Shown one piece after another: positions 53,601-64,000 of a stretch of DNA of 64,000 nt. The DNA lies in assembly GCA_965178125.1 (NCBI GenBank), contig OZ237737.1, positions 868,001 to 932,000 on the forward strand. Direction: 5' to 3'. The DNA comes from Bilabrum cf. latius (Eukaryota). The position numbers and the translations under genes were made by a program. The notes beneath the pieces are model-generated. The model searched no databases. It saw only the letters and a list, made by a program, of their open reading frames with translations, and was not told the origin of the DNA. Each line of letters opens with the position of its first letter. Positions within the stretch are counted from its first letter, which is position 1.

Positions 53601-56600
53601 CCACACGGGTAGGCTCCGGGTCACGGTACTCGTACGTCACCATGGATGAGCCAGAGCTGGACGACGACAGGGGAGGTGCCTGCGACATGGGCACCACCAG
53701 AGACGGACTCAGGCGGAGAGGTGCAGCGCGCACCACCTCCACAGACACCTGCTTGCTGGCTCCCACACCAGGCGGCACAACCACACGCATGCTCGTATCA
53801 GTGCGCTCCTCCACGCCACGAGGCATACAGCTGCGCACCTCCTGGATCACCTCGTCCTCGGCAGCCCAGTGGGCGGGGATCAGCCCGTCCACCACGTCGC
53901 GGCGCACGTCCACACTCGTCGCAGACCACTCCATGCTGTCCGTGCGGCAGCCACCGCCGACAAGCACACGCACATGGTCCATGGGCGCACGGTGCGCGGC
54001 ACCCAGAGGCAGGCTGCGGGGCTGGGCCAGCTCCTGGAACACGTCCTCGGTCTCCGAGTTGGTCAGCTCGTCCAGCACGGTGTCGGGGCCGAAGCTGCGG
54101 CCCTCCAGTACCACGGTCGATCCGCGAGTATGTGCGGCGCTCATGCGAGTCAGTGCATCCTCGCCCACGTCCTCGCCAGTGGCCTCGCCCTAGGGCACGT
54201 AGTACGTCAGCCCGCTCAGCTGAGGAGGCGCGAACCGCAGAGGCACGGCGCGGGGCACCAGGGCAGGGGTCGTGTCTGGGTCGTTCCAGCCGGGGATGAT
54301 CACACCCGAAGGAGTGAAGGTCGATGCCTGCGGCTCCAGGGAGGCCAGTGCGCCACCACGAGCGGCCAGCAGCACCACACGGTATCCGATGCCCTCGGGG
54401 ATGGTCATCTCCACGGTCGTGTGGCTCCACGTCACGGACTGGGGACTCGGGCTAGACGGGTCAGTGCTGTTCGTGAAGGCCTCGCCCTCGCCCATGTACG
54501 TCTCGGCACCATCGCACGTGGGGATGGGCCTGGCACCAGAGGTAGGCACCCAGCTTGGGGGAGGGTCGATGTGGCTCAGGAACGCGCACTGCACCTTGCC
54601 GGTCTCGCGGCCCTGCGAGTCGGCCTGGGCAAGCACCTGGCGGCCGAAGTTGCGCCCACGGATGCGCACCACAGCACCTCCCGTGGGGGGCGCCTCCAGG
54701 AATCCGCCAGAGCTACTGAAAGACAGGGTCTGAGCAGACACGGTCAGGGAGTTGCTCGACACGGCGGGCAGCGAGCCATCGCTCATGGCAGACGTGATCA
54801 CCTCCACAGACTGGATCACGGGCCGGGCATAGCTGAACGCACCCGTGTAGACGTTGGACTCCTGGCCTGCCACCACCACGCGCACGTAGTAGTCGGCACC
54901 ACCGCCCTCGGGCAGAGGCACGGCGATCAGAGACTCACCTGCGCCCTCAGTCGTGATGTCGCGCACCACGTACATGCTGTCCACCTCCATCTCGCCGGCG
55001 GCATCGTTGCGCCCGATGTACACGCGCGCTGACTCGTCCACGGGGTACACCAGGGGGTGGTACTGGCCGAGACCAGACCCGCGGATCACGACCCACAGAT
55101 CTGCCTTGACGCCATACCTGTCCAGAGCCTGGTAGTGCTGGTCATCCAGGTCGATGCCAGTGGTGGGCATGCGGTATCCGTTCGTGAAGGGATTGCCCTG
55201 GCTGTCCTGGCCCACCTCCACATCGCGGGCTCCCAGAGATCCGAACATGGACTGCTCCACATCCGCGTCATCTTCCGTGGCCAGCACCACGCTCGAGATC
55301 ATAGGCATCTCGTACTTGAAGCGCACAGGGTCAGAGTCGTGGCCCAGGCCGTGGTCCACCACCAGCACCAGCTCATCGTATGCGCCCTGGCCGCGAGGAG
55401 CATCCACCGTGATGCGAGCCATGCCGGATGTGGCAGAGTCCATGGTGATGGTGGCATCGCAGTCGCTTGAGCTGAAGCCCACGAAGTTGTTCGTCATGGC
55501 AGCCTGGCTGCACGCCACCAGCGAGTACGAATCGCCGAATGTCACGGTGGCCTTCATGCCGAAGTTGTGGCCCTGAAGCACGATGGCTCCACCGGTCGAC
55601 GGGAACGTGGCCGCGTTGGCAGCCGATGTACCGGCGAAGGCAGTACCATCCACCTCGATGGCGGTCACCACGGGCTCGGCGTAGTCGATGGTCACGGCGG
55701 GAGACAGCTGGGTGCCGGCATACACGCGCACGGACACATCGCGGCCCTGCCCTGCAGGCACACGTACCCAGAAGAAGCACAGGTCCTCCAGCTGAGGTGC
55801 CGCTGAGGTAGTTGCCTGGTAGTACGCCTCGCAGGCAGCGCGCACGAAGGTGGCAGCACCGCTGCCCTCGGCCACGAAGCGAGACTGAGACTCGGCGCCA
55901 GGAGTCGTGTCGGGCTCGTACGTCACACCAGTGATGGAACCAGTGTAGATCGCCGGCTCGGGAGCAGTGATGGAGCTAGTACTGAGCTGGCGGCGGTTCA
56001 GCAGACGGCCATTGCACATCCGCTGGTCGTTGTAGTTGACCTCGTCACAGTCGTTGCCAAACAGAGCAAGCACGCCCTTCTCGTCCTGCGATGTGAGCGA
56101 CCGGAACGGCAAGGCGAGGCCCAGCACGTGCCCCTCGCCCGTCGTGGGGTACCCGCCCGGGGGCTGGCCCACAAGGTCCGAGATGATGGGAGCCTCCTGA
56201 GAGACCACCACGTCCTTGGTCGTGTACGTGTGCTCGGTGGCGGGCACGGTGCCCTTCACCTCGTCCAGCTTGTTCGTCGTCTCCACCACAGCGCGCACCG
56301 TGAAGGTACCGGCGCGCACCCACAGCCTGATCATGTCATCGCGCCACGCGATCAGCTGGAACTCCCGCTGATCAGCGGGCAGCTGCGTCTGCTGCACGTG
56401 CGAGACCCAGCCAGAAGCGCTCACGTTGCCACCGGCAGTGTCCTCGGCGAAGTTGCCCTTGTAGAACATCAGCGTGCGGCCCTCGGCCACAGGGTTCCCG
56501 CCAGGCACAGGCTCCATGTGATCCGGCCCGGGCTCCAGCGTGATCAGCCGGTACGGGGTCTCCGTGGCACCAGCGTCCTTGTCGGGAAGCAGCTCGAACC

Positions 56601-59600
56601 AGTCCGACAGCCTCTGGCCGCGTAGCGTGACCTCCCAGATGTTGCGAGTGAAAGTGTTCGCTTGGGATGGCTGTCCACCGAAGGCACGGGTGGCCTGCAG
56701 CTTGAGCTCATCGTCGCCAGACACAGCCACGGTGGTCATCTCGGGGAAGTCCAGCTCCGGCTCATTGTAGTGGAACTGCTTCAGGCTTTCCCAGTCAGAC
56801 CGAGACTCCACCTCGGCGTTTGTTGCCACCATGCCGGTCGCAGCGTCCATGCCCACGAGGCCCAGGCCAAGCACGTGGCCCCGGCCGAACCCAGGAGGCA
56901 CCACCACACGCACAGCGCCCACGTCCAGGGGCAGGCCCTGGCCCGACTGGTACCCAGCCACCTTCCCACCCACATCGTACTGCTGCCACAGGTTGTTCAC
57001 AGTACTGCGGTCCAGGGTGTCCACGAACACGCAAGCGGCGGAATCGTTCACCAGCTGCTCGGCATGGATGGGCACCAGCGAGCCCAGGTAGCTCCGCACG
57101 GCCTGCTCGTACTGCTCGCGGTCCTGAGTCTTGCCCTCGTCGTCATCGGGGATGGAGTCATCATCCAGAGAGGCGGGGCGAGGGGGGAAGCTGGGGTCCC
57201 ACAGGCCAACCACGGCGGAAGTGGGGTCGCTGGCCGGCGGCAAATGCCTGGCGAACATCACCAGAGTCTCCGAGTTCCAAGGCATGGGCTTGGGGTTGCC
57301 CACATTCGGGGTCACGTACAGCGGCGTGGGCAGGCTGAAGTCGAACGTACCGCGGGGGTCGTTGCCGCCGTCACCGCTCGCCTCGCTCACCTGGTCGGCC
57401 ACAGACACGCGGATCTGGAAATCACGCCCGATGCCGGGGCCCAGCTGCACCATGATCTGCTCGTGGGAGATCACCGTGTAGTTCAGCGCGCTGTTCCACT
57501 CGCCAGTCGCGGTCTTGCCGTACTCCACCCACTGCACCATCGCACCGGACGACTGCTCGGGGTCGTACATCTCACGGGTGGGGGGGCCCAAGTTCTGACC
57601 AGTCACCAGCACCCAGGTGCCGCCAGCCGAATCAGCGTCCTCCACACGACGGCCCATGGGTGTGCCGGGCATCATGATCTCGTTCACGGTCGGGGCCTTG
57701 TACGATGCCTGGGGCACCCGAGACCGCTCACCATTCACCACCACGATCCACTCAAGGGCGCGACCAGCGCCAGGCAGGGTCATGCACTCCAGCTGGTAGT
57801 GCGCCTGTGTCATCACGCAGTCGCGACGGGGGTCCAGCACCACCAGGCCAGAGCCATCACCCAGAGCGGGCGCAGGGGCCATGGTCAGGCCCTGGGCCAG
57901 CGACACATTCACGCGACCCTCGTAGGTTGAGTTCATGCCTCCCGGGTCTGCCACCTGCGCGATGTAGTTCACCGTGTCAGGTACCACGGGACCGAAGTTG
58001 CGGCCATCGATCACCACCTTCTGGCTACCCGTGGTGTTGGCGCGCACAGCACCCTCGCCGGTCAGCCCAGTCACAGTGGGGAAACCGTACCGGGTGAAGC
58101 CACGGCTCCACAGAGCCACCTGGCCACCCACCTCCACGGTCCATGCATGCGGGCCGTTTGCGTCCATCCACTCAGGCAGAGCTGCCATCTGGCAGTCGAT
58201 GATGTCATCGCTGCGCACCACACAGGTGGACGCCTCGATGGACTCAGTACCGGCAGTCGCCTTCAGCTGGTCGCCGGGGTAGTTGGGCCAGCGGTACACA
58301 GGGTCAGGGCCGTAGTACGCCGTCACGGGCAGGTCGGAGCTGGGGTTGCCGAAGTACCGGCCACGGATGCGCACCACATCGCCACCGGCAGTGTTGCCCT
58401 GCTGAGGCGGGTTGATGAGCTGGTACACCTGGGGCGGCCTGTACGACAGCGACCTGGTCCGGTACACGATGTTGGTCGACGGCAGCGTGCTCTCCTCGTG
58501 GCTGCACTGCTCGTCTTGCAGGATGTCAGGCGCAAGCACCACGTTCGTGTTGTCGGTGATCCTCACGCTGAGGCCGTGCCGGGCGCCAGCACCGCGCGTG
58601 TATCCCTCGCACGTGATCTGGGTGGACGCCTGGGTCAGCTCGCAGCTCAGCAGCTCAAACTGCCTGGAGCAGTCGGGGCCGAAGTACACAAGCGGCCTGG
58701 TCTCAGCTCCAAGCACCTCCATGGGACCGAAGTTCTCGCCGGTGATGATGAACCGGTTCCAGATGCGCCTTGAATCAGCGTAGCTGGTGGCATCAGCATG
58801 TGCCTGCTCATGAGTGTCGCCACGGGCGATCTCCTGGTCGTACCTGGTCTGGTACTCGGCCTCCCACGACCACCCCTCCGGCTCCATGTTGTGGTTGTAC
58901 GTGTACGAGCTCGTGATGCCAGAGCGCAGGCTGATCACGCGAGGAGGAGCGTACGTCACGGTCTGTAGCTCGGGGGCCTAAGCAAACTGCCCACCCACAG
59001 ACACTCGGATCTGAAGGTCAGCACCGATGCCCTCAGGGGCACCCACAAGCAGAGAGCCATGGTCGGCGCTCTCGATCGACGTTGACACGAACCGGTACTC
59101 GCTAGAGGTAGGGGTCACCCGGCCCACGTACACCATCACAGCCTGCGGGTCGCTGCCCAGGTCAGTGCCAGTGATTACGAACTTGCTGTTCAGCTCATGC
59201 GAAGACCCGGAGCCCACGCCCTTGGTATTCAGCCCACCTGCATTGATGGCCACCTGGTCCATGGTCACGGCCGTGATGTTGGGAGCCTGATAGCCAAACT
59301 CCATCCGCCCGATGGCAAAGCTGCGGATCTCCTCGCCATTCACCATCGCGTACACCACCCAGTTGCACAGACCAGTGCCCTCGGGTGCTGCGCAGTTCAG
59401 GGTGTTGTCGTCGGGGGCAGTGCAGCTGGTGGTCTCGTACCTGCGTCCGATCGCGTTCGTGCCCACCACACGGAAGCTAGTGGCCCGCGAGAAGCGAGAT
59501 CCGGCGAAACGCAGGGTCTCGCCACCAGACGTGGTCAAGGCGGTGCCAGTCGGCATAGTCACGGACTCCACCAGCGGCCTGTCAGTGCCGCCGCTCTCGT

Positions 59601-60558
59601 CGGACACCAGGATGATGCGCACGTCGCCGATCGTCGTGGCCCCGTAGTTGTCAGTGGCGTTCACCTTCACGGTGTACACCAGGCGCACGAACTGTCCATC
59701 GTAGATCTGGTCCGTCCAGCTGATATCGGCGGTCGCGTTGGGCGCCTCAGTCCAGTAGAAGCGACCAGCGGTGGCGTTGCCAGGCTCTCCACCCTCGATG
59801 CCCACGTAGTTCTTGCGGGTGATGTCGGAGCCAGGCCCGGGAAGGTCGCGATGTACCACTCCGGTGGAGCTCTGCAGCAGCTGCACGAACACAGTCGAGT
59901 TCACGTCCTCGTCCTCCACAGCGATCGTGTCGGTGCCGACCCAGGCCATGTCGGCCAGCTGCGAGAAGCGAGCCGTGATCTCCTGGATGTCCTCGGGGAA
60001 CATCGGGGCGTCGTTGCGGTCTTCCAGGCGGATCGTCACAGCCATCTGGGAGAAGATAGCGGCATTCACCTTCGAAGTGGCCCGCACTTGCAGCTTGTAC
60101 TCGCTGAAGCGCTCGAAGCTCAGCCCGCCGGCAGGACCCACGTGCAGTGTGCCGTCATCCGGGTCGATCGTGAACAGTGGCTCTCCATCCGGGCCACCCA
60201 CCTCAGCGTCCTGGTCCATCGAGAAGATCGAGTACTCCGTGTCCTCGTCCTTGCCCTCAGGGTCGATAGCCGTCAGCTTCGCGTCGGGGAAGGCAGACCC
60301 AGGGGCAGCGTTCTCGGGCACAGTCCGGATCGCCTGGGTGAAGTTCATCTGCTCAATGAACAGCGGGGGCTCGTCCACATCGATCAGGTACACCGGAATG
60401 CGGAACTCGGCTCCCTGCTCGGGCTGCTGCAGGGGGGTGGCACGCACCGTGATGAACTTGACAGGGTCCGTCTCGTAGTCGAGGGTGCGTCCACGAGCTA
60501 GGTACACCTGACCGCTGCAGCCGCTGATGTAAAACAGCGTGTTGCCATTGTCATCCTA
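50653..60558 (-). repeat. Inverted repeat of 13324..23229 (about 9.9 kb, no net indel)
   Basis: Homologous coordinates sum to 73882 at both ends (23229+50653, 13375+60507, 13326+60556). Confidence 0.95.
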
Positions 60559-63460
60559 GTAGCCATCGGTTAAGTTATAAATAAGCGTGATGGCATCGGA
60601 TGCGTTGGTAGACACGGAATCAGCGATGGGCAGCCCGATCGGGGTGTCTGCGGTGGCGTCCTCGCGGACCTCAAGCGGCGGGTGGTTGGAGTCAAAGGTG
60701 GGCGGGATCAGCTTGCATTGCACGCCCTGGCTCGACCAGGCTACCTCTCCGTTGCCTTCATGGTTGCACATGGCAGACTGCTCGGACACGTTCTTGGGCA
60801 GGAAGCCCTCGGCGCAGCCCCACGTGCACCCGTTGCCCTTGTACCCTCGCACGTTCAGGCATGACCTGCCAGCACCGCATGAGGTCGAGACGCGATAGTT
60901 GTCGAAGTAGGCAGTGCCGTACACGTACATGCCGGCAGTGCCAGCCTGAATGTCGTTGCGGTTGAACTCCCACAAAGGCTTCGTGTCGTCTAGAGTCTCT
61001 TCCTGGTTCGCCGTGAAGATGTTGTCGGGTGCATCATCACCATCCTTGTTGCGGTAGCCATTCTGGGGTCCCCACAGCGGCGAGAACTGCCCATCATATC
61101 CGTAGTACCTTTCGATGTCGTTGCGCACCTCGTGGGTGTCCGAGGTGGCGCCCTCCTTGGCCATGCCGTGGGTGGCATCCAGGGGCAGCAGCCACACGCG
61201 CACATTTTGGGCCTTCACGCGGGCACGGATGATGAACTCGGGGTACCTCTGGTCGTGACCAGCAAGGCGAGCCTACTCCTTGGCATCGTCGAAGAATTGG
61301 GTGAGGGTGATGTTGCGGAAGCCGTTGAAGCGAGCATCGGCAATGCGCTGGGGGACGTAGATGGGCGGTAGGTTGTTGCTGAACGAGTTGATGTTGCCGA
61401 GGTAGTTCCACCGGCCGTTCACCTGCATGATCAGGTATAGGTACCACCAGGTGGACCCGTAGTTCGTGTAATCGACACGGAAGTTGGTGCGGTCGTCAGT
61501 CATCTTGAAGGTCAGGCCACCTCGGCCCCACTCGAGCTGCATGGTGGCCTCCACGGTCACCACCTGCTAGCTGTCGCCGATGTCTAGCCACGCGGGATTG
61601 TCCTCGGCGTAGAACACAGTCGCCCAAGTGCAGGCACGAGGATCCACCTTGAGGCGGCCGTCGGTCGTGGTCGACATGTAGACGCTAGTAAGGGCAGGGT
61701 TCTGCCTCGGCCAGAAGCGGAAGGTGCGCAGCGGACCCGAGAGGGTGCTTGCCGTGTCGCCATTGAAGTCGGCCGACACCACGGTGCGGTAGCAGCCGGC
61801 AGTGAAGGCGGGACCCTCGGTCATCTCGCACGTCTTCTCGCAGATCAGGTCGTGGGCAGACCACACGGCATTCTAGCAAGTCTTGGTGGCCACGCCGCCC
61901 ACAGGCTTGCCCTGTCCTGACGCGCAGGATTGTGTGCAGTCCCTGTTCTCGAATGGCACTCGGCACCAGTAGTCCGTGCTCGTGGTTGCGACAACCCCAT
62001 GACCGTTTGTGACAGCGTCAGCTGGAGGGCAGCCTCCGGTGCCCCACTTATTGCCGAGGTAAGAGCGCAGTCGGTTCTCATCGTTGAAGTTTGACGAGTT
62101 CATGATCCCAAACTCCATGATCAATCCTTCGAAAGCATTGAAGCTCGCTCCGACCTGGAGTGGGTAGGAGCTGCCACTTGATAGCACGTTGGCTTTGTTT
62201 GCAGCAGAAGTGCCGGTGGGTTGGTCGATGTAGTAATACCAGCTCAACGCATTGTCGACGCTGCCGTACTGGAGGCCGGACGTGCTGAAATCGATCTCAG
62301 CGTAGATCCACACGCGACGCAACTGCGATATATCTTGTTGAGAGGATTAATACTTCAGAGTATTACTTGCAGCAGTGACTAGCGCATGCAACTGGGAGCG
62401 GCTACTCACTCCAGACGAGTAGTCGGTAACCCTTGTGTACCCGATGTACGTCTTGTACAGAGCCGACGACGGGCTGTTTGGCAAGGACATGCCGCCGGTG
62501 TAGCGGAAATTGGTTGTCTTCGAAGTCGACGCGACGAACGCGAATCGGCTGTTCGAGGAGGTGATGGACTGCATCATCTCCCAGTACGTGCGACGCTGCC
62601 CAGAGGCGAATGGTTCACCCTTCCGGAGCATGGTGCCCCGGTTCACACTGTACCAAGAGCTGCCGACGATGTAGATCATGTGCCCCTGCGATTAAATAGG
62701 TGACAAAAAAGGAGTTGAATCCCGTGTATCGCGCTAGTGCCGTCGCAGGCCACTTTCGCGACGTGTCGCAGCGAGGCGATGGTCGTCTTAAACTCACCCC
62801 CGTGCCCATGTTCGCGAAATCGAGCTGGGCATCACTGGGTGCGGTCATGAAGTCACGTCCAGACCAGTCGAAGAACATACCGCTGCGTGGGGGAATCGAT
62901 ACTGGAAGGGAACAAAAATACCGCGCTGCGGCGACTTATAAGCTCATTCTGACTACTCCTTGGGTGGTGCTCTCACGGTTGGCACATCAGCCTCCTAGTC
63001 ATAGTGTAGGGCTGGTTGGTTCTACTAGTCTGTGATTTGTCGTGATAAGGGATACGTTAAGGCAGGGAGGATGCACATACTTACCGGATACCACGGACAC
63101 TCGTTCGCGATCACAATTTGAGGCTACGCCGAAGCTCACCTACGTCAAAGTGCGACCCCTCCAGCTCTTCCAGGTCGATGGGTACGTCGTAGCCGTCTTA
63201 CTGAAGCTAGTAGCTGCGTATTCAAGGGCGGGAAGTTACCACAGGCATCAAATTATGCAGAAGCACAGAATGGCGCGTGCCACATGTCACAGCGCTTTGT
63301 GAGTCCTTCGGCAGCCTTCAGCGGCAGTCTCGATGAACCAGTGTTTGCAGTGGTACTCACTGTCCCAAAAATCGATCAGCTTGGAGCCAAGGGTCTGGTC
63401 TGGAACCATTTGAGCTGCAGCGCATGCTGCCACGATGCACGAGACAGCCACTGACAGCAT
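50653..63460 (-). CDS. Giant LamG/Sushi/cadherin/IPT-TIG 9-TM surface protein, copy 3, complete, inverted (6 exons, 4085 aa)
   Basis: Exons 63460-63361, 63213-63140, 63029-62977, 62882-62798, 62685-62410 and 62322-50653 join in frame (12258 nt). Signal peptide MLSVAVSCIVAACAAAQ. Eight in-frame TAG (63140, 61873, 61567, 61273, 60556, 58978, 54190, 51304); ends TGA 50655-50653. Confidence 0.92.
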
Positions 63461-63926
63461 TGCGTTGAATGTTGACCCACTCGGAAAAGCAGAGTCAATG
63501 CAATGGGGTTTGATACAGTCAACAAGTCAAACTTGCAAAATATGCACCAAATTCCAGACCTTGTGCGGATTTCTCCACAGTAAAAGTGCCAAACATCCGG
63601 ACAGCGATCATCCAAAACATTTTAACTCGTCGCGACGTGCACAATTCGGAGTCTTAAAATGCGCTAGTGGGGCTAGTGGTCGCAACTTTCTCAAGAATGT
63701 TTGGATTAAATGCATGGTATAAGCATTCAAAACATGAAAAATATATAGGCCAATACGATAAATGTGTAGTCGATTGCGCATTATGCGGCCATTCTCAAAA
63801 AAATCGCAATTTGGAGTACATCATGATCCTTCTCAAGTCTTGTTAGTGAGGCATGTACAATGTGTAATCTCACAGCTAGAGTACCGGCTGTTTGGCCCTC
63901 CAAAACAATATGACCATTACCTCCGC

Positions 63927-64000
63927 TTACACGCTCTCAAGTTTGACCTGCTGCTACTAGCGGATCTCGTCAAGCCGCCGCCCGCTGCCAGTCGCTAGCG
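63927..64000 (-). CDS. Possible 3' end of a further minus-strand gene truncated by the window edge
   Basis: Minus strand reads CTT GAC GAG ATC CGC TAG TAG CAG CAG GTC AAA CTT GAG AGC GTG TAA (LDEIRQQQQVKLESV-stop), where GC-rich sequence gives way to AT-richer intergenic DNA. Only 74 nt are visible and the frame is not established. Confidence 0.3.

Noticed and set aside
13324-60558. Giant transposon or endogenous virus bounded by terminal inverted repeats
   Set aside because: The repeats are the coding sequence of an intron-containing host-type gene. No transposase, integrase, polymerase or capsid motifs were recognised between them.
1-64000. Pyrrolysine, A-to-I editing (UAG to Trp) or programmed readthrough
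   Set aside because: No pyl genes seen and the context is eukaryotic. TAG never pairs with TGG in the paralogs. Dozens of sites per gene, tandem TAGs and no shared downstream context exclude leaky readthrough. U-to-C editing is unlikely but needs RNA data to exclude.

Overview
Gene-dense (about 93% coding), GC-rich eukaryotic nuclear DNA with GT-AG introns clustered at gene 5' ends. It is probably from a protist; a stramenopile is suggested by a 9-TM cadherin-type protein but is not proven. The main observation is a variant genetic code. About 95 in-frame TAG codons (hand count) interrupt otherwise continuous reading frames in all seven genes, and in-frame TAA is never seen. All seven genes whose 3' end is visible terminate at TGA. 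TAG aligns to CAG/CAA in paralog and internal-repeat comparisons, so UAG is very probably read as Gln while UAA is not. Read this way, the fragmented ORF track collapses into: three copies (two direct, one inverted) of a ~4085-aa LamG/Sushi/cadherin/IPT-TIG 9-TM surface protein with a variable N-terminus and near-identical remainder; a FOXRED2-like flavoprotein; a secreted parallel beta-helix protein; a ~4450-aa FN3/coiled-coil/WD40 protein; and a ~3200-aa FG-GAP-repeat membrane protein with one unexplained frame break. No tRNA, rRNA, mobile element or CRISPR array was recognised. Domain calls come from motif recognition by eye, not database searches.
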